Notes: generated by a model from the letters alone, not told the origin. A stretch of DNA of 64,000 nt from Bacteroidales bacterium (GCA_026416115.1 JAOAFU010000234.1:3393-67392); one strand, 5' to 3'. Counted from the first letter of the stretch, positions 45,524 through 55,356 are shown. Translations and numbers: made by a program.

Positions 45524-46531
45524 ATGCAGATTACATTAAATCATGGTAGTGGAGGTCGTGTCTCCCATAAACTCATCTCAGAACTGTTTCTTAAATATTT
45601 TCAGAATAATGTACTCTCGGAGCTTACTGATTCAGCTATTTTAGGTTTTTTTGATGGTAAAATTGCATTCACTACCGATAGCTATGTTGTGGATCCTATA
45701 TTTTTCCCTGGAGGCAACATTGGTAAACTTGCTATATGTGGAACCGTGAACGACTTATCGGTAGCGGGAGCTGTACCGAAGTTTCTAAGCGTAGCTGTAA
45801 TACTTGAGGAAGGTTTGCCATATGATGAGTTAGAAACAATAATTAGCACAATGAGCCAGGAAGCCCTTAAAGCTGGAGTAACAATTGTTACTGGCGACAC
45901 GAAAGTTGTACCCAAAGGTAAAGGCGATAAAATATATATAACCACTTCGGGAATTGGTATTCTCGATCCTAAGTTTACAGATATTTCTTATGGAGTACGC
46001 GTAAAACCGGGCGATAAACTAATTATTAACGGAAACATGGGCGATCATGCAATTGCCATTTTGGCTGCTCGCGAATCGTTACGTTTCGAAACCAGCGTCA
46101 TTTCAGATTGTGCAGCCCTAAATCATATGATCCAAAAGATTTTAGAAATATGTCCTCAAGTTAGTTTTATGAGAGACATAACAAGAGGTGGACTTGCTAC
46201 TGTAGCGAATGAACTTGCTGAGAAAACTAAATTAGGGATTAGAATATATGAAGAAAATATCCCTCTTCACCCTAGCACTATGGGAATTTGCGAAATTTTT
46301 GGATTCGACCCCTTGTTTCTGGCCAACGAAGGTAAAATTTTGATAGTTGCTCCTTCGCAATATGCAAATGATATTGTAAATATTATGAAAGATTTTCCCG
46401 AAGGAGAAAATGCTTCTGTTATTGGGGAAGTGGTTGATGAACATCCATCACAAGTAATTTTACAAACACTTTCTGGCGGTAAACGTTTGCTTGAAATGCC
46501 CTCTGGAATTCAACTTCCTAGGATTTGCTAA
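45524..46531 (+). CDS. hypE: Hydrogenase maturation protein HypE (AIR-synthase/PurM superfamily)
   Basis: 335 aa. N-terminus ITLNHGSGG, DPIFFPGGNIGKLAICGTVNDL, and the diagnostic C-terminal PRIC. Confidence 0.9.
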   Translation: MQITLNHGSGGRVSHKLISELFLKYFQNNVLSELTDSAILGFFDGKIAFTTDSYVVDPIFFPGGNIGKLAICGTVNDLSVAGAVPKFLSVAVILEEGLPYDELETIISTMSQEALKAGVTIVTGDTKVVPKGKGDKIYITTSGIGILDPKFTDISYGVRVKPGDKLIINGNMGDHAIAILAARESLRFETSVISDCAALNHMIQKILEICPQVSFMRDITRGGLATVANELAEKTKLGIRIYEENIPLHPSTMGICEIFGFDPLFLANEGKILIVAPSQYANDIVNIMKDFPEGENASVIGEVVDEHPSQVILQTLSGGKRLLEMPSGIQLPRIC

Positions 46532-46610
46532 AATTAATTACTTGTTACCTTATCCAATTATTATCAAATATTTCTTAGCTTTACATTGATTCTTTGATAA
46601 AAAATATGAT

Positions 46611-47651
46611 ATGAAACGCTTTTTTATCCCCTTAACTGTCTTCACTTGCCTTGCATCAATTAACCTAAATGCACAACCCAATTTCGACACAACAAAAGTT
46701 TATGTCGAATATACCCCTTTTCCGGTCATAGTTGATGGCTCATCCAACGACTCATGCTGGAAAACTACCAATTGGCACCCCATCGATAAAGTTTGGATCC
46801 CCTATGCAGCATCAATATCAAAAGATGATTTCGAAGGCGAGTACAAAGCTGTTTGGGATTCAAACTATCTTTACCTTTTAGTAAAAGTTACCGACGACTC
46901 ACTTGCCGACTATTACTCAGACCCACTCTCGAACTGGTGGAACGACGATTGTGTTGAGATTTTTATCGACGAGGACCGTTCAAAAGGATATCACGAATGC
47001 TCATACAATGCTTTCGCCTACCATGTAAGTATTTTTTACGATGCCATCGATATGTCGACTTCATGCGGTGGTATTAATTTAAAAAATAACCTTACCGTTG
47101 TAATAGACACAATTGCACCAAAAACTTACCTATGGGAATTTGCAATAAAAATCTACAACAAAAATTTTAATCCTCAAAAACCCGAAAACTCTAGAGTAAA
47201 GCTTTTCCCCGGCAAACGAATGGGGTTTGCATTAGCATACTGCGACTATGATGGTAATAGTAAGCATGAAAGAGAAAATTTTATAGGTTCAATTTTTATG
47301 CCTGCGGCTCATAATAACGATAATTATCGAACAGCCGATTATTTAGGCGAAATGCTTCTCGTCGATACCAAAAATCTATGGGATGGATCGCCAGTTGGAA
47401 TTCAAACATCCTTTAGGCCTGATATTTCTTTTTCATACAATAACAAAACAAATGCGCTGATTATTGATAACATCTTTTCGGATGTTAAAGGAAAAATTCA
47501 GGTATATTCTATGGATGGGAAAATGGTATACCAAAACAATCTAAAAAAGAACCATTTGGTTTATTATTTGCCTAAATTTCCTAATGGAACCTATTTGGTT
47601 AAAATCAGTAGTGAGCATATTGTTTCATCTGGCAAAATCATTATAAATTAA
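46611..47651 (+). CDS. CBM9-like carbohydrate-binding protein with T9SS C-terminal sorting domain
   Basis: 346 aa with a signal peptide. CBM9-like motifs (WKTTNWHPIDKVW..., YLYLLVKVTDD, DDCVEIFIDED). C-terminal Por tail (IQVYSMDGKMV...GTYLVKI). Confidence 0.75.
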   Translation: MKRFFIPLTVFTCLASINLNAQPNFDTTKVYVEYTPFPVIVDGSSNDSCWKTTNWHPIDKVWIPYAASISKDDFEGEYKAVWDSNYLYLLVKVTDDSLADYYSDPLSNWWNDDCVEIFIDEDRSKGYHECSYNAFAYHVSIFYDAIDMSTSCGGINLKNNLTVVIDTIAPKTYLWEFAIKIYNKNFNPQKPENSRVKLFPGKRMGFALAYCDYDGNSKHERENFIGSIFMPAAHNNDNYRTADYLGEMLLVDTKNLWDGSPVGIQTSFRPDISFSYNNKTNALIIDNIFSDVKGKIQVYSMDGKMVYQNNLKKNHLVYYLPKFPNGTYLVKISSEHIVSSGKIIIN

Positions 47652-47653
47652 AG

Positions 47654-47690
47654 AAAAAAGCTGCAACTAATTTCGTTGCAGCTTGTATTT
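47654..47690. terminator. Bidirectional Rho-independent terminator between convergent genes
   Basis: 10-bp stem AAGCTGCAAC / GTTGCAGCTT (47658-47667 / 47675-47684), with an A-run upstream and a T-rich tract downstream. Confidence 0.7.
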
Positions 47691-47723
47691 TACTTGTATT
47701 TTAATGTACTTTTTTTTCAGATT

Positions 47724-48083
47724 TTACTTTTTTTCTTCCAACTCGTCGAACTCAATTTCAGCAAAATCTTCGGCTAACTCGTCCGAGGTTTCAGAAATAA
47801 TCAATGGATTGGAAGTCTTGATAAAATCGATCATTTCTGTAAGTCCATCGATAAATTTGTCGAAATCTTCTTTATAAAGGAAAATTTTGTGTTTTTCGTA
47901 ATAAAATTTTCCGTCACGCCCAACTCTTTTTTTACTTTCTGTAATGGTTAGATAGTAGTCGTTTTGTTTTGTCGATTTAACATCGAGAAAATACGTTCTT
48001 TTGCCTGCCCGAATAGCTTTCGAATAAATATCTTCCCTCACTGGGGCTTCATGTTCAGCTAGTTTTTCTATTCCTTCTTCCAT
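47724..48083 (-). CDS. DUF3276 (PUR-alpha-like nucleic-acid-binding) protein
   Basis: Start taken at Met28 of the track ORF (MEEGIEKL...). Motifs KRTYFLDVKSTKQNDYYLTITESKK and KHKIFLYKEDFDKF match the PUR-repeat-like family. Acidic C-terminal tail. Confidence 0.7.
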   Translation of the reverse strand: MEEGIEKLAEHEAPVREDIYSKAIRAGKRTYFLDVKSTKQNDYYLTITESKKRVGRDGKFYYEKHKIFLYKEDFDKFIDGLTEMIDFIKTSNPLIISETSDELAEDFAEIEFDELEEKK

Positions 48084-48215
48084 TTCTTTCCTATTTTTTA
48101 GTTGATAACTAAAAAGGGTGTTTAAAATCTGGGAAAAATTAAAAAATTTTCTAGTAAATAACAAATTTTTTTGAACAGTATCTGCATTATATTTTTTACG
48201 GTAAATTGATGTTAA

Positions 48216-50867
48216 TCATTTTACTACAAGTCTTATGATGTTGTATTTTGTTGAACCTTTGATTTGCAAACAATAAATACCCATCGGAAGATTATCTACT
48301 GCTATATTCAACGAATAATCTCCAGCAGGTTTAGCTAAAACTTTAGAATAGTATAGTTTTCCATCGGTTGCTACCAATTTAATATACAAATTTTCGGACA
48401 CAGGCGAAGAATACCAAAGAGTAAAGCATCCGTTATTAGGATTGGGATAAATAATTGCTGCTGCCTCATTCTCGGTAACAAATGATGTAGAGGTAATTTC
48501 TTTTTTTGTTTCGCCCAACGGCCCGTCACCAACAGTAATATAAAATTCGCCTTCATCGCCTCCACCACTTCCATCAATCTGAATCCAGTATGTTTTACCA
48601 GGTATAACATTTAGCTCATATATTGCAGCCTCGTATGGTTCTGTCAGATAATAATCATCATTAGCAGCAACAAGGTCCGATTTTTTGATATTGACACAGG
48701 TATCGGCGTCGTATACAGCTATTTGGGTATCCATCCCTTTAGTATCAATACTAAGTTTACCTGTTGCCGGTCCTATCACTTTAAACCAAACACTATTTTG
48801 AAGGCCCCCTTCGTTACACCAGGTTTTTTCGTCGTAACAACTGGTATCGGCGGGCATAGGTTCGTTGGGTTCGACAGTTGCACCTACATTTGTATAGGGT
48901 CCACTTGTACCCAAGGGTAATAAAATGGCATTACAGGCATCGTCGTTTATAGGGGGTTGTTTAACATTAACATTTACTGTGTAACTTCCCTTACAACTAC
49001 CGCTCGATGCAGTAACTGTAAATTTATGTAAACCAACATGTTGTGGTTTAAAATGTACAACTTTGCTCGTACTATCTGACAAGTATTGATTGGGATACCA
49101 CAAATACGAATCGGCTGAAGCAATTGCAGTAAGCTTAGCAGTATCGCGCATTTTTATATAGTCGGGGCTTCCTATCAATACACTCAAATTTTTCACAACC
49201 CTGTAATTATACTCAAAACTGTCAACCCCGTCGGGGCCAGATATTTTTAACTGAGCAGTAAGCATTTGTTCATTCATCGAATTGGGGATAGCCACCGTAT
49301 GAGGTCCAACTCCCGAAGCCGTCGATGGGATAACACCGCTCCCAAATTTCCATTCGTAATTAGTAATGTTGCCGAGCGATTTGTTGGTAAAAGTAATAGT
49401 ACTTCCAGGGCATACTTCTTTTTTGTTTGTTTCGAAGTATGCAACAGGCGAAGTTGTCGATGAAGCATAAACGTGCAATACGATATTAGCCTCCCAATCT
49501 TTTGTATCTTTTCCTATAGGTTGCCAGTCTGTGGCATCTTCACTCACCCATTGGCTTCCGGTTGGTTGTATGATCGGGTCGGCATAAACCTCTCCCAGAA
49601 TTTCGGCTTTCATTTCAATGGGGATGGGTCGCTGTAAACCTGGCGTATAGTAACGAGCCAACACGTAAAATGTACCATTAACCTTAACAGGAACACTGTA
49701 GGCATAAAATCCTGGTGACATGGCTGGTTCACTTTCGAAATGAACAAGTAAATCCCCTAATGTATCATTCTTCTGGTTAAAAATACTAAGTTCGACAATA
49801 GAGCCCGTGCGAGGTATAAACGTACCTATTTTCTTAATGTACTTTTCGGATAAAGCTGTAAACTTTAGTAATGCATAGGCATAATCTTTCGAGTAACCAA
49901 AAAAGCTAACTACTCCAACATTGTCCTTACACATCAAGGTATCGAATATATTGTTGGGTAATAAAGTTGGATAAAACGAAGCAGGTTTCAAGATATGTCG
50001 ATCGCCATATGCAATATAGAAATATCCATTTTCGCCCCATCCAGTACCCCAGCTATTTTTAGCTATCCATGCTCCTTTTCCGTGTTGAGTTAAAATGTTA
50101 TCGTCCCATCCAACAAGATCTATTGCATGGTTAGGGCCGTTCCTATCATCGGAATAAAAGGTATTTGTGGATGAACGGAAATAAGCATCATCCCAATGAA
50201 TATTGGTCGACACTGCACCATATCGCATGATCATTTTCTTGGTAAGTGCTGGGTTGTTATATATCCAACGTGTTTCGATAATATAAGAGACAGGTTTAAA
50301 AGAGTCGTTGCAATGATGAGTTGAAGTATCGTCGGTATTATATGGAACCTGGCTTTCTTTTACTGGACCCTTAAGTCGGGTATAATAAGCCATGGGAAAG
50401 TATTCATTTCCACCTTCTCCAAAAGCCCATTCGTAACCATGACAAGTTGCCATGTGATGTTCGGAAAGGTCAGCAGCTCCAATAGCATTCAGTTGACTTA
50501 ACCACCACGATTCGACAGATCCTGTACTTGAAAAAGCCCAGCAATTTCCTCCGAAATTGCCCTGCCCCTGATTTTTTACCGATGAAACTTTACCTTTTTC
50601 ACGTAAGTCGAAACGATCGGGTAGTCCAACCGAATAAAGCCTCGATTGTTCAGGAGTTTCGTAATACTCGGGTAATTGAACATACGGAGGAATATAACCC
50701 GTTAACTGTTTGTTGTTTTTTATAGGGGTTTTAAGAACAGTTTTCTTTTTTTCCTGATAATATTTTACCAAATCGGGGTTAACGGGCATAATATGCTTTG
50801 ATATTTGGCCTGCAACCCATAAAGAAGGGAAAAATATGGTGGAACAAACTATTAAAAATCTACGCAT
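48216..50867 (-). CDS. Papain-like (C1 family) cysteine peptidase with PKD and PPC-like domains and a T9SS C-terminal sorting domain
   Basis: Catalytic Cys in GNCWAFSSTGS, His in NHAIDLVGWDD, Asn/Trp in KNSWGTGWGENGYFYI. PKD-like VCPGSTITFTNKS...YEWKFG. C-terminal Por tail (IIYPNPNNGCFTLWY...GIYCLQI). ATG at 50867 gives a signal peptide. Confidence 0.85.
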   Translation of the reverse strand: MRRFLIVCSTIFFPSLWVAGQISKHIMPVNPDLVKYYQEKKKTVLKTPIKNNKQLTGYIPPYVQLPEYYETPEQSRLYSVGLPDRFDLREKGKVSSVKNQGQGNFGGNCWAFSSTGSVESWWLSQLNAIGAADLSEHHMATCHGYEWAFGEGGNEYFPMAYYTRLKGPVKESQVPYNTDDTSTHHCNDSFKPVSYIIETRWIYNNPALTKKMIMRYGAVSTNIHWDDAYFRSSTNTFYSDDRNGPNHAIDLVGWDDNILTQHGKGAWIAKNSWGTGWGENGYFYIAYGDRHILKPASFYPTLLPNNIFDTLMCKDNVGVVSFFGYSKDYAYALLKFTALSEKYIKKIGTFIPRTGSIVELSIFNQKNDTLGDLLVHFESEPAMSPGFYAYSVPVKVNGTFYVLARYYTPGLQRPIPIEMKAEILGEVYADPIIQPTGSQWVSEDATDWQPIGKDTKDWEANIVLHVYASSTTSPVAYFETNKKEVCPGSTITFTNKSLGNITNYEWKFGSGVIPSTASGVGPHTVAIPNSMNEQMLTAQLKISGPDGVDSFEYNYRVVKNLSVLIGSPDYIKMRDTAKLTAIASADSYLWYPNQYLSDSTSKVVHFKPQHVGLHKFTVTASSGSCKGSYTVNVNVKQPPINDDACNAILLPLGTSGPYTNVGATVEPNEPMPADTSCYDEKTWCNEGGLQNSVWFKVIGPATGKLSIDTKGMDTQIAVYDADTCVNIKKSDLVAANDDYYLTEPYEAAIYELNVIPGKTYWIQIDGSGGGDEGEFYITVGDGPLGETKKEITSTSFVTENEAAAIIYPNPNNGCFTLWYSSPVSENLYIKLVATDGKLYYSKVLAKPAGDYSLNIAVDNLPMGIYCLQIKGSTKYNIIRLVVK

Positions 50868-50877
50868 AGGAAAAGGT

Positions 50878-51309
50878 TTAAAATTTAAAAATGTCATCAA
50901 GGGTAATGACCTTTAAGTTGTTCTCTTCAATAACTTTAAAAGCCAATGTACGATTGCTGGTTCGCATAACGACAATACCCTTATCTTTCATAGAGAAAGC
51001 ATACATATACTCTATGCTAATCTGAGCATCGGCAAAAGGTTTAAGAATACGAGCAAGAGATCCGGCTTCGGCAGGAGTTTCAAGACCAATTACATCGGTC
51101 AAATTAACGCTGAAATTTTTATCCTTAAGCAGGTTTACAGCTTCAACAGGATCTGAAACAATAAGCCGAAGAATTCCATATTCTGAAGTGTCGGCAACGC
51201 TAAGGGCTGCTATATTAATCCTTTTTTGACCAAGGATATCCAAAACCTCGTTCAAACGTCCCGATTTGTTCTCGAGAAAAATTGATAGTTGCTTTATCGA
51301 CATATACAT
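50878..51309 (-). CDS. ACT-domain protein (partner of the PaaK-like ligase)
   Basis: 143 aa with two ACT-like halves (QLSIFLENKSGRLNEVLDILG...). Start overlaps the PaaK-like stop. Confidence 0.75.
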   Translation of the reverse strand: MYMSIKQLSIFLENKSGRLNEVLDILGQKRINIAALSVADTSEYGILRLIVSDPVEAVNLLKDKNFSVNLTDVIGLETPAEAGSLARILKPFADAQISIEYMYAFSMKDKGIVVMRTSNRTLAFKVIEENNLKVITLDDIFKF

Positions 51310-52622
51310 TACGATTTATTTCTCCGATCAACGACCTGCTTAAGATGCTTAATGTTTTGCTGGATAAAATGATTGTTTTGAACCAGCTTAATCCGAGGTG
51401 TGACTTTAGTTTCTTCAAAAATACGGGTGGAAATATTTTTGGTTAAGCATTCGAGTTTCCCATAATTATCGAGATAAAGATTATCTACAACTTCTACTTC
51501 GATGATTAGCTGATCGTTGTTATTTTCTGTATCGATATAAATCACATAATTATCCCCTACCTCAGGAACTCTTTTAAGCGTCTCGGCAATTTGAATAGGA
51601 TAAAGCGCTCTACCCTGTATAAAGAAGAGATCGTCGAGACGTTGTGAAACCACATCGAGACGTTGATGGGTACGGCCACAACCACAGGGTTTATCAATAA
51701 TTCTTGTAACATCGCCAGTTCGATAACGAACTAATGGCATAGCCTCTTGGTTTAGAGTGGTTATTACAAGTTCTCCCCATTGTCCCGCTGGTAGAGGTTT
51801 AAGTGTGACTGGATCTATAATTTCTACCAGGAAATAATCTTCCCAGATGTGCATTCCATCTTGCTGCTCACATTCAATAGCCATACCTGGCGAATTGATT
51901 TCCAATATTCCATATGAGCGAATAATGGGTATCTTTAAAAGGTTATCATATTTATTTTTTTGCTGAGGAGTTAAAAGATCTTCTCCTGCAATTATAAGTC
52001 GAACATCGGTATCAAGCGTAGGAGTTAGGTTTAAATCGTAAAACGTATCGACTAGTGATGGTAAAATACCAGCAGGAAGATATAAAACAGTACTCCCCAA
52101 TTCTTTCATTAACTGAATTTGGCGATGAAGGCTAATGTTGCCGGCCGGAATAACCAGTACTCCCATCTCTTCACCTCCAATCTCACAACCATGTCCTGTG
52201 TTTTGCAGACCAAAATCTACCATTACCTGAAGAATATCGGTACTAACCATCCCGGCAGTGGTAAAACTTCGAGCTACTAAAGCCGACCAAGCTGAAAGAT
52301 CATCTTTCGTATAGAAAATTCCTTTTTTTGGTGCAAAAGCTCCACTATTGCTATGAAAACAAACAACTTCACTACGCTCGACCGAAAGGATTCCGAAGGG
52401 ATAATGTGACGAAAGATCGTTTCTTGTAGTAAAGGGTAAATTCTGAATATCCTGAAGTTTTGTAATAGCATCGGGTTTTACCTGAAATTGCTTGAATAAC
52501 GATCGATAAAACAATGAAGCATTTGCACGCTGGATCGTATTTTTAAGTCGATATAGCTGAAGCTTTTCTAGTTCTTCTCTCGAAATGGTCTCCAATCTTA
52601 TATCCCAGAACTGCCCCTCCAT
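51309..52622 (-). CDS. Phenylacetate-CoA ligase family (PaaK-like) adenylate-forming enzyme
   Basis: 437 aa. N-terminus REELEKLQLYRLKNTI. YRTGD motif (RYRTGDVTRI) followed by CGCGRTHQR. Confidence 0.85.
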   Translation of the reverse strand: MEGQFWDIRLETISREELEKLQLYRLKNTIQRANASLFYRSLFKQFQVKPDAITKLQDIQNLPFTTRNDLSSHYPFGILSVERSEVVCFHSNSGAFAPKKGIFYTKDDLSAWSALVARSFTTAGMVSTDILQVMVDFGLQNTGHGCEIGGEEMGVLVIPAGNISLHRQIQLMKELGSTVLYLPAGILPSLVDTFYDLNLTPTLDTDVRLIIAGEDLLTPQQKNKYDNLLKIPIIRSYGILEINSPGMAIECEQQDGMHIWEDYFLVEIIDPVTLKPLPAGQWGELVITTLNQEAMPLVRYRTGDVTRIIDKPCGCGRTHQRLDVVSQRLDDLFFIQGRALYPIQIAETLKRVPEVGDNYVIYIDTENNNDQLIIEVEVVDNLYLDNYGKLECLTKNISTRIFEETKVTPRIKLVQNNHFIQQNIKHLKQVVDRRNKS

Positions 52623-52636
52623 AGTAGTTTTTTTTT

Positions 52637-52644
52637 CAAATATA
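52637..52644 (-). promoter_or_regulatory. -7 box for the paaK-like operon (TATATTTG on the minus strand)
   Basis: Plus-strand CAAATATA is the reverse complement of a TAnnTTTG match, 15 nt upstream of ATG 52622. Confidence 0.35.
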
Positions 52645-52721
52645 AAAAAATATTGTTCATATTTCCAATTTACCTATTTTTTGAAGTAAATTTGAGAAAA
52701 TACATTAAAAATGAGCAGTAT

Positions 52722-53435
52722 ATGCGAGCAATTCGGATATTAATTGCAATTATTTCGTTAACAAGTATAAACTGCAGTATGAGTCAAGATAAAGAATATC
52801 TGCGACAACGAGAACAAATGGTAGCCGAGCAGATTATTGAACGAGGAATAAAAGATAAAAATGTTATTTCAGCTATGCTAAAAGTAGAACGGCATAAATT
52901 TGTTCCAGATGAATATAAACATGCAGCATACGGGGATCATCCGTTACCCATAGGGTATGAACAAACCATTTCCCAACCATACGTAGTAGCTTTTATGACC
53001 GAAGCACTCCAGTTAAAACCTACCGATAAAGTGCTCGAAATCGGAACAGGATCGGGTTATCAAGCAGCCATTTTGGCTGAGATTTGCGATTCGGTTTTTA
53101 CCATTGAAATTATCCCAGAACTTGCCGAAAGTTCGGAAAAAGTTTTAAAAAATTTAGGTTATAAGAATGTTTGGGTTAAATGTGATGATGGATATAAGGG
53201 TTGGCCAGAAAAAGCACCATTTGACGCTATAATCGTAACTTGTTCGCCAACTAAAATTCCTCAGCCACTTAAAGAACAGCTAAAAGAAGGAGGAAAAATG
53301 ATTATTCCAATCGGCAGTGCTGCTTATGGACAAGAACTTTATATAATAAAGAAAGAAAATGGCAAGCTAATAGAAAAGGCGGTTTTACCTGTTCGATTTG
53401 TCCCCATGGTAAATTTCGAAAAAAAAGTCTATTAA
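52722..53435 (+). CDS. pcm: Protein-L-isoaspartate O-methyltransferase
   Basis: The ATG at 52722 gives a signal-like N-terminus. The track start at 52653 is a TTG. SAM motif VLEIGTGSGYQAAILAE, plus QTISQPY. Confidence 0.9.
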   Translation: MRAIRILIAIISLTSINCSMSQDKEYLRQREQMVAEQIIERGIKDKNVISAMLKVERHKFVPDEYKHAAYGDHPLPIGYEQTISQPYVVAFMTEALQLKPTDKVLEIGTGSGYQAAILAEICDSVFTIEIIPELAESSEKVLKNLGYKNVWVKCDDGYKGWPEKAPFDAIIVTCSPTKIPQPLKEQLKEGGKMIIPIGSAAYGQELYIIKKENGKLIEKAVLPVRFVPMVNFEKKVY

Positions 53436-53487
53436 CTTAACTGATTTGCATGATATTTGCTTAGAATTAGCCCAAAAGTAAAATCCT

Positions 53488-53952
53488 ATGACTGTAGTTG
53501 AAATAATTCAAAGTATGTTGGCCCCCGGAATTATGATTTCTGCTTGTGGGCTACTTTTACTTGGTATGAACAATAAATACTCGCAGGTTATAAATCGAAT
53601 TCGAATACTCGACGATGAAAAAAGACGACTTCTAAGTAAAAAACGCGATCAAAAACTAAGCGAAATTGAGGAAAGTAGGTTATCAAACATCGACTTACAA
53701 TTACCTAAGTTAGCCTACCGGATCAAACTTGTTCGTAATGCAGTTGTTTTTTATAGCTTGGCTGTTGGTTTTTTTATAGTTAGCTGCTTATTTATAGGCT
53801 TTAATATTTTGAACCCCATGTTCAACATTTCAAATCTGGCTATTATTTCCTTCCTTTTGGGCATGTTGTCAGTGTTAACTGGTGTTGGATACGCATGTCG
53901 AGAAGTGATTAAAGGATTCCAGATAGTTATGATAGAAATGAATTCGCACTAA
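53488..53952 (+). CDS. DUF2721-like membrane protein
   Basis: 154 aa. One TM helix, an amphipathic charged linker, then two TM helices. N-terminus ...APGIMISACGLLLLGMNNKY resembles DUF2721. Confidence 0.6.
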   Translation: MTVVEIIQSMLAPGIMISACGLLLLGMNNKYSQVINRIRILDDEKRRLLSKKRDQKLSEIEESRLSNIDLQLPKLAYRIKLVRNAVVFYSLAVGFFIVSCLFIGFNILNPMFNISNLAIISFLLGMLSVLTGVGYACREVIKGFQIVMIEMNSH

Positions 53953-53986
53953 TAAACCAGCACAAAATACAATAAGAAGTTGGAGA

Positions 53987-55111
53987 ATGAAAGTTATTGC
54001 AGATAAGCATATACCCTTTTTGAAAGGTTTATTAGAGCCATATTGTAAGGTCGAATATTTAGATCCTAAGGAAATTACCCGAGAAAGTATTTCAGATGCC
54101 GATGCTCTGATCATTCGCACCCGAACCCGATGCAATAGAGAATTACTTGAAGGAACCAAGGTTAAATTTATTGCGACAGCTACCATTGGTTACGATCATA
54201 TTGATACGGAATATTGCCAAAAAAATGGAATAACCTGGACCAATGCTCCTGGTTGTAACTCTGGATCTGTTATGCAGTATGTAGCTGCATCTCTTATAAT
54301 GCTGCAACAAAAATTTGGTTTTCGATTTTCCGACATGACCATAGGTGTTGTTGGATATGGAAATGTGGGCAAGAAAGTAGTTCAACTTGCTGAAAATCTT
54401 GGGATGCGAGTTTTAATTAACGATCCGCCACTGGCACGGCAGGGTTTGTGTGGATTGATTAGTCTCAATCTTCTTTTAAAAGAATCAGATATTGTAACTG
54501 TTCATACTCCTCTGAATAGAGATGGAATAGATAAAACATATCACCTCTTCGATAAAGAAATATTTCAAACCATGCGTCCCAAAACTTTCTTTATCAATAC
54601 CTCGCGAGGCGAAGTGGTAGAAACACAAGCTCTTAATGCAATGATTGATTCGGGTCATATTGCTGCTGCTGTAATTGATGTGTGGGAAAACGAACCTGAG
54701 ATAAACCAAGAGCTCTTAAGCAAAGCCTTTATAGCAACTCCTCATATTGCAGGGTATTCGACCGATGGCAAAGCCAATGCTACTATCATGTCGATTATGG
54801 CATTAAACCATTTTTATAATTTAGGAATAAAGGAGGTTAAACTTCAACTTCCCGTTCCGGAAAACAATACTATATCTCTGGAATTTGAAAATAATAATTT
54901 CGAAAAAGTGGTTGGAAAAGCCATTTTGCATACCTACCCTATTCAAAGAGATCACTCTCAATTAACAAAAGAACCACACAATTTTGAACTGTTTAGAGAA
55001 AAATATCCCCTTCGAAGAGAATTTATGGCATATACCCTTTTATCGAAATCTAATTTAACAAATATTAACGATTGTTTGCATAAAATGGGGTTCAATTTGA
55101 AACTGATATAA
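53987..55111 (+). CDS. pdxB: 4-phosphoerythronate dehydrogenase
   Basis: 374 aa. N-terminus MKVIADKHIPF. NAD loop GVVGYGNVGKKV. Catalytic region of D-2-hydroxyacid dehydrogenases (TPHIAGYS). PdxB-specific C-terminal dimerisation domain. Confidence 0.85.
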   Translation: MKVIADKHIPFLKGLLEPYCKVEYLDPKEITRESISDADALIIRTRTRCNRELLEGTKVKFIATATIGYDHIDTEYCQKNGITWTNAPGCNSGSVMQYVAASLIMLQQKFGFRFSDMTIGVVGYGNVGKKVVQLAENLGMRVLINDPPLARQGLCGLISLNLLLKESDIVTVHTPLNRDGIDKTYHLFDKEIFQTMRPKTFFINTSRGEVVETQALNAMIDSGHIAAAVIDVWENEPEINQELLSKAFIATPHIAGYSTDGKANATIMSIMALNHFYNLGIKEVKLQLPVPENNTISLEFENNNFEKVVGKAILHTYPIQRDHSQLTKEPHNFELFREKYPLRREFMAYTLLSKSNLTNINDCLHKMGFNLKLI

Positions 55112-55151
55112 AACAAATACATAGCTAGATTGTTAAACTTGGAAAAAAGGT

Positions 55152-55316
55152 ATGCAAAAATACAGATGTATAGTTTGTGGTTATGTCTACGATCCTGAGG
55201 AAGGCGACCCCGACAGTGGTATTCCACCAGGTACACCTTTTGAAGAAATACCCGACGATTGGGTATGTCCGGTATGTGGGGTGACTAAAAAAGATTTTGT
55301 ACCTATTGAATTTTAA
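55152..55316 (+). CDS. Rubredoxin (54 aa)
   Basis: [54 protein letters not shown]. Two CxxCG knuckles plus the YDP and PF..IPDDW core. Absent from the ORF track, which instead lists a spurious antisense ORF at 55125..55430. Confidence 0.9.
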   Translation: MQKYRCIVCGYVYDPEEGDPDSGIPPGTPFEEIPDDWVCPVCGVTKKDFVPIEF

Positions 55317-55348
55317 CAGATTGAAATTTGATATTTCAAAATAAATTT

Positions 55349-55356
55349 TATATTTG
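55349..55356 (+). promoter_or_regulatory. -7 box (TATATTTG) upstream of the first NUMOD4-HNH gene
   Basis: Exact TAnnTTTG match. Implies a ~140-nt 5' UTR. Confidence 0.4.
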
